Source of the DNA: Elsinoe ampelina
Taxonomy: Eukaryota
NCBI GenBank assembly: GCA_010093995.1
Contig: ML992508.1
Span: forward strand, 1,164,483 to 1,197,616
Length of the DNA: 33,134 nt
Direction: 5' to 3'
This document shows positions 19,662 to 30,568 of the stretch, piece after piece (positions within the stretch are counted from its first letter, which is position 1; every line of letters begins with the position of its first letter). A program made the position numbers and the translations under genes. The notes beneath the pieces are model-generated. The model saw only the letters and a program-made list of their open reading frames with translations, was not told where the DNA came from and ran no database searches.

Positions 19662-22632
19662 TCAAGCTGGCCAGCCTTCAGGCGACTCCACTCGCATGGC
19701 GAATCGCGTTGGAACGCTGATGCCCGCCATAGCCTCGCCGAAGCGGGTCACAATTTCTCCAGCTCTCACGAAAGCCCTGGCAATGGCAGCACGCAATCTC
19801 CGGTAGCGACTTGGCCGATGTGATCGAGAAGTACTCCGCTCGACTTCGGCCTGAGGAAGGCTATCTCGGACCAAAGGTCGCCCTCGACGCTCCAGTCTTG
19901 GGGAGAAACTTCTCTGATCCCGTCGTCTGTCTAGACGAAAGGTGTTTCGCAGCATGCGCCAAGGGTGCAGACGAGAGCGACGCGGGCCTTCTTGCTGACC
20001 TTTATCGTGCTTCGACTCTGTATCTGCTTCGGCAGGTCCACCGGCACCGCCAGACATCATGTCGCGCTCGACCGCACCTGCATTTTGTTCCTCGGTGGGG
20101 CATTGGAAGGGCTCACGGTAGTTCACAGGGTTGTAAGTGACGGGCATTCCGTGACCTTGGCTCGCACCAACACTAGACGGGGCTTCTGTGGACGGAAGCG
20201 GTGGTACAGGTGGATAGTCGTCTAAGCGAGTAGACGCTGGTGGAGATCGAGCCCTGCCGGTGAGGCTGCCCTGTCTTGAGCGTGTGCTGCGCTGCGAACC
20301 TGGTCGGGATGGACGGCGTGATTGTGCAGCCCCAGGCAAGCTCTCAGTGAAACTCGATGTCCTGTAGGGAGTGCCATCGGATGGATTGACCCTCGTTGAC
20401 GAAGTCTCGGGGTCGGCTGCCTGAGCTTTGCCTTTACCTCTGCGAGTCGACGGACCAGCTACATCGGAAGTATCAGGTGAGATGGGCATGGCTCCCTCAC
20501 CGCTCTTGAAGGTCTTGCAGAAGACATCGCGGACCTTCATGTAGCGGAAACGGGCACGAACGTTGAATGGACTTGGAGCAGGTCGGACCTTGCCATCACA
20601 AGGGATTGGCGACGAGGTGGTAGAGCGGAAACCCGAGTGGTCGATACTGGAGGGGCGCTTGCTCAATTTTAGCTCTGCCTTCTCCCAAGTCTTTCTGGCC
20701 TTTGCGTCCTTGGGATGTCTCTTGTACCACGCTTTGAGGTTCTTCTCACGTTGATGTCGGAGGGCATGGCGAGCATCTTCGTCAACTCTCTTCCTTTCAG
20801 CCTCGGTGAGTACAACATCGTCAATTGGGGTGGTGTTTGGCACTCTCCGATGGTGATTCATCTTGGCTAGCTTCCGTCGCTTGATGTCGCGCATGTGCTT
20901 GTCGATCAACACACTGAGCTCGGTATCCCGGTCCTCATGCATTGCGCGGTGAGCCTCGAGGGACATTTTCCTACTGCGAGATTCCTTCCATCTCTCCTCT
21001 TCAGCTTTACGCCGAGCGGCTTCGATGACCTTTTGATGCTCGGGGGTGTTCCGATCTGGTGGAGGGGGTTCCTTGATCTCGATGGTCCGACGTCGATTCG
21101 GAGTGTTCGAAGTTGATGGGAACTGCGACGAAGATGGCTCCTCGGGTGTAGCTGGAGGAATAGTGCTCGTGTTCGCCCTTGATCGAGTCCTCTGAGCCGC
21201 CGACTGGGCGCTGGACGTCGATCCACCTTGGGCTCGTGCCTGCTGTGGACTCTTTGGCGCGTTGTCGGTGAACTTGGAGTCCTGACGAGAGTGGCCATGG
21301 TCATTGGTCGAATCGGCGGAGGCATCCTGGCCAGAGGCACTTGACTCTTGGCGTGCATGTAGGTTGTCAGACTGACCAGCAGGTACATTTGTGGTATTCT
21401 TCGGGCTGATAGGATCCAGAGACGTCTTCCTTTGCTGTGCACCAGTGTCGATTGGCGGCAATCGACGGCTGTTGTCGCGTTGTGTGGCCTCCTGCTCTAC
21501 AATGCTGTCGATGGATGCTCCCCGCAAATCAGGCATCTGGTCAATTGGCGTGGAGGGAGACGGTAGAGGGCTTATTGGTCTGCTTGGCGGAAGACCAACG
21601 GGGTCCCTGGGAAGAAATGCCGGCGCGGAGGACCTGCGGTTGACTGTGCGAGATCTGGGTCGATCTCTGGTCTGCGAAAAAGCTCTTCCCACGGCGAATG
21701 GCTGATTGACATTCACAGGCAATTGGCTGCTCATTGGTACACCATCTGTTGATGTAGCCGGGGTTGGGATTGCTCGAGTCGGAGTCGGATGTTCTTGGAC
21801 CGAACCATTCTCTGATATCTGGCCGGACATGGAAGTCGCCTCGTCGACCGGACCAAGAGGTGTAGGAACATGGGGACGAAGAGGTGTCTGCGGCAGAGTA
21901 GTGGCTGCGTTGTCATCAAGGATACTGATGCCAGCTGTATCGCTCACACGCGGACCCGGCGGCGGCTCTTCGGACCTCTGAGTTTGGACTGGCAGTTCCG
22001 AGTGTCTACGACCAGTAAAGGCCCTGGAGAATCGTCGAAAGACATTTTCCCTTCTGTGGCCGGCTTCATGACCTTCCGAATCGGATCCGAGCCGAATTGG
22101 TTCGCCTTGACCAAGAGCCATGTGTGGCTGACCGACGGGGTAGGCGGTGGGTCTGCGGCCACGCACTGATCGCCAAGTCGAAGGTCCTGCGTCAGTATCG
22201 TCGGAGGAGGATTCATCGGCTCCACGCCTGATGGGATCTTCGCCTCTCCTGAACTTTGTCAGTGGCGGATTATTTGATATCGACTATAGCGACTCACATT
22301 AGCCCTACGTACGTGGGCGATCCGAACGTCAATATTCTCTGACCAGCTCGTGCCAGTGTTTCGCGGAAAGTGACTCGACGACGCCGGTTCCGGAGTTGAG
22401 AAGGGAGCCCGGAGGGAGGCGCATTTGCGCTGCTGTCGGAAAATCTGCTATTTGGAGACTGATCATCGTTGACCTCCTAGTTGATGTCCTGCGCTGTCGA
22501 TATTCTCGAGCTCAATCCCTGATTCTGGGTCTGGTCCTGCGTCCGGGCGACGGGCGGGGAGTGTTGACCACGGTGGACGGGGTCGTGCTGGGCTGCCGGA
22601 TCCGGCGACGGTCGCTGGGTCGGCGACGACAT
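19662..22632 (-). CDS. Large, largely disordered Ser/Pro/Arg-rich protein of unknown function; complement(join(19662..22248,22298..22632)), 973 codons with an in-frame TAG at codon 52 (22477..22479)
   Basis: The 2.5-kb ORF stays open upstream to a CAG acceptor at 22249-22251. The 49-nt intron 22249..22297 (GTGAGT...CTGAC...CAG) joins it in frame to an upstream exon starting CCCAAG-ATG-TCG at 22632. Spliced length is 2922 nt, divisible by 3, with a single internal TAG. There is a central charged helical region (EAARRKAEEERWKE...). The 3' exon is well supported; the 5' structure is my inference. Confidence 0.7.
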
Positions 22633-23637
22633 CTTGGGCACGACGCTACCGGCGTATAAGGTAGTCGATGAGCCAGAGTACGACGAGAACCAGGGAGATA
22701 CAATCGTACGACAGTAGTAGTGGTCTATAGTCTTCGTTGACCTTCTCCTAGTTGACCATGTAGAGCTGGTGCTGGCCAGATGTGGTCTGTAATATTACGA
22801 TGTGGAATACACGAAAGTCTGTTAGGGTAGCGTATGCTGTGGACGAATGCAGTGGTATCTATGAGATGTGATGGAGTGAGAGGCAGCAAATCTTGTATGG
22901 ATCGAGTCTTGGAAACGTGACGGCAGGTGGGGTTGGAAGGCAGGTGCAGCCTGGTCAACCTTTCCATAGCTGCCGCTGGCTGCTGGTGGCTATCGGCTGT
23001 ACTTACTGGTTTGCACCTTGACATGGGCTGAAGAAATGTTCAGCGAAAACATTCATGAAAGAAACCAACCAGAGACGCGAGCTGAGTTCGAGGTTGTGAC
23101 GCGAGGTCGCGGATTGCATGACTCGAGTTTCCGCATCAGCCAGTCAGCGGCGGCTTCTGCGCCACGTTTCTTGATTGACTACGCCACACAAACATCGTCA
23201 CCGCCAATTTCCAACAAAAAGGACAACTCTCGGTCGTGTCATCCGAGAATCAAGAAACCAATTTAACGCGTCGATCATCCGCTGTCGACCTGGGCGCTTT
23301 CTGGAAAAAAGTTCCACACTGATAACACGAGAGGCCCGACCGCAAATCTCGCCCATTCGCCCAATTGCCCGCCCGTTGGTCACGAGACTTGTCCTGATCC
23401 TGTTGCCTCTTTGCTTTCATTGTCTACACAAAACTTCAATTCCTGCCATATCCCTGTTCAACGTGCTTGTACGGACAGCCTGTATTCCCCTGACCCTGAT
23501 CTGCCTGATCGCTGGCGCGAGTCATGGTGCGCAGATAAATCAGTGCCCGCAAAGAGAACCACCGACACAACAGAGAAACACCAGGTTCAGACTACAATCG
23601 TCGTTAATAGCTCGAGAATATCATCAGAACCGATAGA

Positions 23638-26423
23638 ATGGCCCCTGCAGATAATCTTCGTCGACCAGGCATCCTCAAGACAGATTCTGGTGATGCCACC
23701 GCCAGTGCCGGTCCAGGAAACAGCATCTTGGGCCTTCAGCAGACGGCATCGCCAAGATCCACCCCCAAATGTGAGTCTCTTCATGTGCCACGAGATCCAA
23801 ATGCACACCGCTCTGCACTTCACCTCCAACGTTACATCACAATCACACTTGTTCATCATGCCTCCGTTCAGTTTGATCATGGACACTGACGACGACTCAG
23901 CCGTCTCGATAGCACCAAAAGGCGAGGTCATCTCGCCTATGATGCTCGGCGGTTCCAAAGATGTGGAAGAATTCGACCTTGACTCTGCACGTTCACCTCG
24001 CAAGATCCGTGCAAAAGGACCAAGCGCTCACAGGCTTTCCGGCAGACCACCTATCCAGTCTTCTCAATCATCACTTCAGCAGTGGCTAGAGGAGACCGAG
24101 CGCGGAGGCGACTCGGCCGACGCTGATTCAATTGGTGGTCGCTCAGATCATCATCTCTTCGAACATGGCCTGGTCGGGCAGATTCACAAGTGGGTCAGAG
24201 CAGAAAAGCTCAAGCGAGATGCCAGACGTGCTCGTCGCAATGCCTCAAAGACAAGTGCGCAGGCAAACCAACAGACCCCTCAGAAAGACACCGCACATTC
24301 ACACAACCGCCGCGACTCGGACGAGAGCGTTGATCTCGATCAGCTCGAGCAGATCATCAAAGAGTCGTTCCCATCTGGTCGCCGAGTCCAGCGCAAGCTA
24401 TCCACATCTGGACGACACCGACCTTCAGTGCGCCGACTTCACCGCGCTTCCTCAATTGCGGCTTCATCTGACACCGACTTTGTAGACGGCGATATCCTGG
24501 TCCCATCCGCTGAAGTCGTACTCGACAATTCCAAGACGCTTTCATACAAAGGTGGTGCTGCAGCAAAATCGACCGACGATCTCTCCTTGACACGAGAAAC
24601 GACTGCATCCGGTGACGCTTGGCTCATCTTCAAGTCCGAAGTTCTTCGCGTCATTCACACCCTACAGCTCAAAGGATGGCGTCGAGTCCCGCTCGAGATG
24701 AGCTCGGAGATCAGTATTGAGCGCCTGTCTGGAGCACTCACCAATGCCGTCTACGTTGTATCGCCACCAGAAGAGCTGCCACCACCCTCCGCATCCACCG
24801 AGGACGTGAGCCGCCCCATACCCAAGCGCAAGCCTAATAAGCTGCTCCTACGTATCTACGGCCCGCAAGTGGAACACCTTATCGATCGTGAGGTGGAGCT
24901 GCAGATTCTACGCCGTCTCGCTCGCAAGCACATTGGTCCACGCATGTTGGGCACATTCCAGAATGGCCGCTTCGAAGAATTCTTCAATGCCGCTCCTCTC
25001 AATCCGACGGAAATGCGCAATCCGGATACTAGCAGGCACATTGCGAAGCGTATGCGTGAACTTCACGATGGTGTCGAGTTGCTGTACTCGGAGCGGGAAG
25101 ACGGTCCATTTGTCTGGCGTAATTGGGACAAGTGGCTCGCCCGAGTCCAGAAGATCGTCGAGTGGATGGACAAGAAAAGCAAAGACGAAGCTGCCAACGA
25201 GGGCAAGGAGCCAAGCTACGTCTGTGGCACAAATTGGGCTGTCTTTCACGACACGCTTTTCAAGTACCGCAAATGGCTCGACAGACAGAGTGGTGGACGC
25301 AAGGAGCTCTCTGAGGCTCTCGTTTTTGCTCACAACGATGTTAGTGTCATGATTTCCCCTCACCTTCATGTGGTGCTAATCAGTGCAGACGCAATACGGC
25401 AACATCCTTCGCCTCCTCCCTTCTTCCACCTCTCCACTCCTTCTGCCCGCCAATTCTCATAAGCAACTTATCGTCATCGATTTCGAGTACGCCAACGCCA
25501 ACACACCTGGCCTCGAGTTCGCCAACCACTTTACAGAATGGTGCTACAACTACCACGACCCAGCCACGCCATGGAAATGCAACCACACCCTGTACCCCAC
25601 TCCAGAAGATCAAGAACGTTTCATCCGCGCCTACGTCCGTCATCGCCCGGACATCAACGTCAACAGCCCCAAACTCGAAGCCCTCGACACAGTCCCCGAA
25701 TCCCGCGCCGTCAGTCCGTACAAAACCTCCACCACCCCTGACCCCGACCCTTCCTCTATCCAACAAACCCTCCACCACGCCCGCAACCCCTCCTCCGGCA
25801 CCGCCACCCTCTCCCCCGGCCTCGGCCCCGTCAAGCACCTCTCCCCCTCTGCTCTCCTCGGCCCCCGCCCCTCAAGCCGAAGCAACCACTCCGCCTCTCC
25901 CTCCATCCAATCCAACATCTCCTCCACCTCCGCCCAGACCAGCTTCTCCGACCGCTCCGGCGCAGTGAGCGACTCTTCCTCCTACGCAGAATGGGAAGAG
26001 CGCGAGATCCGCCGTCTCATGAAGGAGACGCGGAGATGGAGAATGGCCAATAGCGCGCAGTGGGTTGCGTGGGGGATTGTGCAGGCTAAGATACCGGGGT
26101 TGCCGGAGATAGGGGAGGATGGGAGCGTGAGTCCCCCGAAGGTCGAGGGGGAGGTGAAGGTTGAGAGGGAGGCGGAGGAGGGGAGGGAGATTGTGGAGGG
26201 GTTGGAGAGGGTCGAGCTTGGGGATGGGAAGGAGAGTGGAGTTGTGGGGAAGGGAGAGGCTGACGAGGAGGATGAGGAGGATGAGGATGAAGAGTTTGAT
26301 TACCTCTCGTATGCGAGGGATCGGGCGGTGTTTTTCTGGGGCGACGCGTTGGCGCTTGGGTTCGTCAAGGAGAGTGAGCTGCCTGCGGATGTGAGGAGGG
26401 ATGTCAAGAGGATGGAGTACTGA
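23638..26423 (+). CDS. Choline/ethanolamine kinase; join(23638..23770,23901..25339,25389..26423), about 868 aa
   Basis: Motifs RLSGALTNAVY, LLLRIYGPQV, LIDREVELQILRRL, IGPRMLGTFQNGRFEEF, Brenner motif FAHND|TQYGNIL restored by the 49-nt intron 25340..25388, IDFEYA, EFANHFTEWCYNY and FDYLSYARDR. Intron 1 (23771..23900, GTGAGT...ACTGAC...CAG) joins MAPADNLRRPGILK...TPK to SVSIAPK in frame; exon 1 is less certain than the rest. Confidence 0.93.
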
Positions 26424-26703
26424 TTTCTTCCACAACTCCTCCTGCCAGTCGAGTTGGCATCGGAGTAATGCGTATGCAGTGTCGAACAAGGTAGTCTGCA
26501 TCAGACCGAGAGTAGTATATCTAGCATAGTCACAAATCAAATCACGTCCTCATAATCTCGACCTCGGGCACTCCGATGTTTCTCAGAATGGCACACGGCA
26601 TGTGACTACCAGCCACACCCCCTCCACCAATCATTCAGTACCACATATCGTCACAGAGTCCCAAGCACAGAAGTAGTATCTCAACCATCTATTATTCCCG
26701 CCC

Positions 26704-26718
26704 TATATATATATATAT
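26704..26718. repeat. (TA)n microsatellite between the convergent kinase and GT2 genes
   Basis: TATATATATATATAT, 15 nt. Confidence 0.85.
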
Positions 26719-27034
26719 TCTATAAATGTACAATAACCCCTGATAGGGCTTCTTTCCCCGTGTCTATACCCGCGATTCCAGCCGCGGGAGTGGGTATCAT
26801 ATGCTTTCTTTGCAGAAGTGCCGATTAAAGATATATGCCGTGAGAATATGCCGTTGATGAGAAATGGTGAAGAGAAGAAAGAGAACAAAGGCCGTGGGAG
26901 AAGCGTCGAAGAGCTGGGTGGAGTATGGGCAAAGAAGAGAAGGTGGGTTGGAAGAAAAAGAAGGAGTCGTTGAACAAGTCGGTTGAAGAAGAGAAGAGTC
27001 CAGAAGATGAGTCCAGAGTGATTCCCTCGCCAGC

Positions 27035-30000
27035 CTAGAACAACCCCAAAACGAAAGGAAGCAGCGCATGACACCCCACCGCATTCGCCAACGGCACGAT
27101 AACCGTAAAATCCCGAATCATATACCCCCTGGGCGCATACAACGCCAGATACACCATCATGGCCGCAATCGGGATCATAACGACATACATGTGCCAAAAA
27201 TCCCTCACGACCCTATCCAGCCCAATCTTGAAGCCCGTCTTCTCCAACTCCTTGGCCGTGGTGGTCCACTCGATGTTGATGCTCAAGAAGTGGCAGGTCA
27301 AAGCCTTGCAGATATGGAACGACAGTCCACCGAAGAAGAGGATGAAAAGCGGCATCCACTTCGCGCACGTGCACAGCGCCTCGATGTACGTCGCCTGGCC
27401 CATGCGGTAGCGCAACATGGCGAACGCGATGGGCGAGAGGATCGAGTAGACGATGCACAGGCCGACGAAGATGTGCCAGGATGTCTGATAGTACTGGTCG
27501 AGCTGGAACTCCCAGCCGGCGAGGAAGTAGTTCAGGAGGGACAGGGGGAAACCGACGCCGATGGCGTAGTAGGTGCCGATGTAAGCGAGGATGGTGAACT
27601 TGGAGGTGATTTTGATGTTTGAGCCGAGGAAGCGAAGGAAGAGAGGCGTGAACAGCCCCCGCGTGGGCCAGTAGATGAGCGGGTTGAAGATGAGTTCGTT
27701 GCACCCGTAGGCGTATTTTTCCCAGCGCGCGAGCTCGTCGTAGATGGTGAGGGAGACGCCTTCTTTGAATTCGTTGTTGTGGTAGCCCGCCATGCGGACG
27801 TAAAAGTGTTGCATTTGCAGGCGCAGGGCGACGTCGAAATCTTCGCTGACGTGGTTCTCGGACCAGAATTTGGTGCGCCCGTCTTCTTCGAAAGCGATGG
27901 ATTGAATGGCTTTCCAGCGGAGGAAGGCGTTGTGGCCGACAAAGGGTGCGACGTCGCCGGCGCCGACGGTGTGGGAGATGGAGGTGTAGACTAGATCGGT
28001 GAAGTAGTGGATGCCGTTTTCGAAGGGGTTGCCTGTCATGTTCATTACGCCGGAAGAGTGTTGGATGATGGCGACCTCGGGGCTCTCCATGAGCTCGAGG
28101 GCGCCGGCCAACAAGCAGGTTTCGGGGACTTGGGTATCAGAGTCGATCAGAAGGATGAATTCACCAATACGGACATCGCCTGCGGACCAAGTGCGGCCAT
28201 TGTCAGTCTCTTCAACAATTTGGCGAGCGACTTCAAGAAGCTCCTCCTCATCCTCGACAGATAGATCCTCGACAGTGCAAAGCTGTTCCTTGGCACGCTT
28301 CTCGAGCTGCTCCAAGAACTCATCCTCGACACGGCCGGAGAAGTGGAGAGCGTAGTTGAGGTTGGAAGCCTTCTTGAATTTTCCCTTGCGGAGGAAGAAA
28401 TCAGGGCCAGGAGTGGTGCATTGCTTGGGACGCGCGACCCAGGCGATGTTGTGGAGCTCATAAAAGACCTTGCGGGCTTCCTGAAGTTCCTCAGTGATCA
28501 ACTGCATACCGTCGTCGGCAACCATGATAGTCGCAGTACCGCCATGAGCTTGGTAGTAATTGACAGCTTTGAGAACACTGGTGATGGTGGGAACGATGAC
28601 ACCCTTGAGACCCTCCTTGTAGACCGGCATCTGAATGGTGATATGAGGAAGCTCCTCACCATCATGCTCGGTGAACTTGGGAGCCTTGGAAGAATAGTAG
28701 ACCGTGTTCTTCTGCATGAAGCCGAGAGGACCGAAGATCTGGAAGAAGGATCCAGCGATGACGACCATGAAGAACATGGAGAAGGCAGCGAAGAAAGGAA
28801 TGGTCGCCAGAAGAGCCCAGCGGAGACAGCCGCCATCGAGACGCCATTGCTGCATGAGTTTGGCAGCACACCAGACTTGGAGGACACAGACCAGACCACC
28901 TGCAATGGCGACGCAGCAAGCATGCTCAAGGAGGAAGACTCTGGGCATGTCTCTTTGACGGACTTCATCCTCTGGTCCCTCCTCTTCAAGCTCCATAGCG
29001 CGCTCGACGAACTGGACCATCTTCTCGATATCGTGAGAGACGGATCCGCGGTAGCCACCCATGTAAGTGCTGCTGACGCTGGAATTCCTAGCCTTGGCCA
29101 TGCTGGGTCGGCGGGGAAATTGAGCCATTTCCGGGACTTCATCTTCAGGAACACTCCCGATGCTAGTGGTAGAGGATTGGCGCATAGCTCCTCCTGCACC
29201 AGCACTTGAGCTCCTGTTGTGGCCGGAAGTAGACTTGCGGCGGTCAGGACCACTAACGCTCTGCGATCGCGAAGGTCCTTTCGATGATTCGGATTTGTGG
29301 AACGGATCGATAGTGCTCATCTTGCGCGCGGCGTAGTCAGCGACACTGTTCATGCGGCGGCTGTTCATCGCCGAGAGCGAATCGACAGTGCTCATCTTGT
29401 GCTGAGCGAAGGGGTCGGCCATGCTTGACCTCCGGCTCATCTTGTGGATAGGCATGGGCAATACTGGCATGGAGGTGGAGCTGGCCAGTTCCTTTGCTGC
29501 GGCTTTGCTGAAGTAGTTGATGGTTGTATTCGACACGCTGCGAGAGTGGCCATAAACGTCTGTGCTGGGACGGCGCTGAGGAGGCATGAGCTGCTGCTGC
29601 TGTGGCTGTCCGAACTGAAAATTCTGGAATCCTTGGTTGTTTTGGTGGGTCTGATACATGGGTTGGACGTATGCTGAAGTTGGACGCGTCATGTGTGAGG
29701 CATCTCCGACAGACATGTTGCGCTGTACAGATGGGTGTAAGGAAAGATCGGGATGGTCGCCAAATGAGACAGGCATCATGTTGACATTGGGTACCGAGTT
29801 CGATCGTGGGACGAAGTCGACGGGGTTGTATGCTGGAGCAGGTGGCGCCATAATTGGCTGACCCCAAATCTGTCTTGGTCAACATCGGTGGCTCCCTATG
29901 AGGACAAGTGAGACTTACCTCACCGACCAGATGAGCTTCAAGCGCTGTGGCTTGCGCAAGAAGCTCTGGCGGTGATGATGCACAAATGAGAATAAAGTGC

Positions 30001-30568
30001 TCCCTCTTGCACAGAACGGACATATGTCCTTGGTGGGCGTACATGCCGTTATTGATGACATCGGTGACCGAAGGGGCAATGAGCAAGGAAGTACCGTCCA
30101 TGAAAGGAACTTCAGTCTGGTCCTTCTCGAGAGTCTCCATCAGGACACTGACAGAGTCGCATGACATTGTGAAAGCGACGGTGGCGGAGATAGTCTCGAC
30201 CGCCTTGAGGACGGCAGGGTTCTGCGTGGTCTTTGCATAGCTGCCGTCTGGTCTTCGAACAAAAGCACCGAGGTTGGCGGTACCAAAGTACATGTTCTCG
30301 TGGTACTCTTCGAGCCATTTGCTTTGCTGCAGGCGCTGGTGCAGGAACTTGGCCATCTGTGACCGTCATCAGCGGCAGACCATAATTACCAGGTTGTACC
30401 ACTCACCACCTCAAACCGCTTTGAGCTAGAGAAAGCTGTCGACTTCTCCATGATGGGTGCGGAAACGGTGACGGATGTCGAGTTAGACCTCATGACCACA
30501 CTGCGAGCCGATTCTTGCGAGCTCCGGCCAGCAGAGATCACAGAGGTAGGGCGAGGTTGGGAAGACAT
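27035..30568 (-). CDS. Membrane glycosyltransferase family 2 (processive polysaccharide-synthase-like); complement(join(27035..29869,29919..30356,30407..30568)), about 1144 aa
   Basis: IQMPVYKE, VADDG, KKASNLN, LLIDSD, FVGHNAFLRW, VSEDF and ELARWEKYAYG, with two TM helices before and several after the catalytic domain. Introns 30357..30406 (50 nt, GTGAGT...CAG) and 29870..29918 (49 nt, GTAAGT...CAG) are both phase 0 and join three ORFs of the track (RFEV|MAKFLHQR; LVGE|IWGQPIM). Confidence 0.92.
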
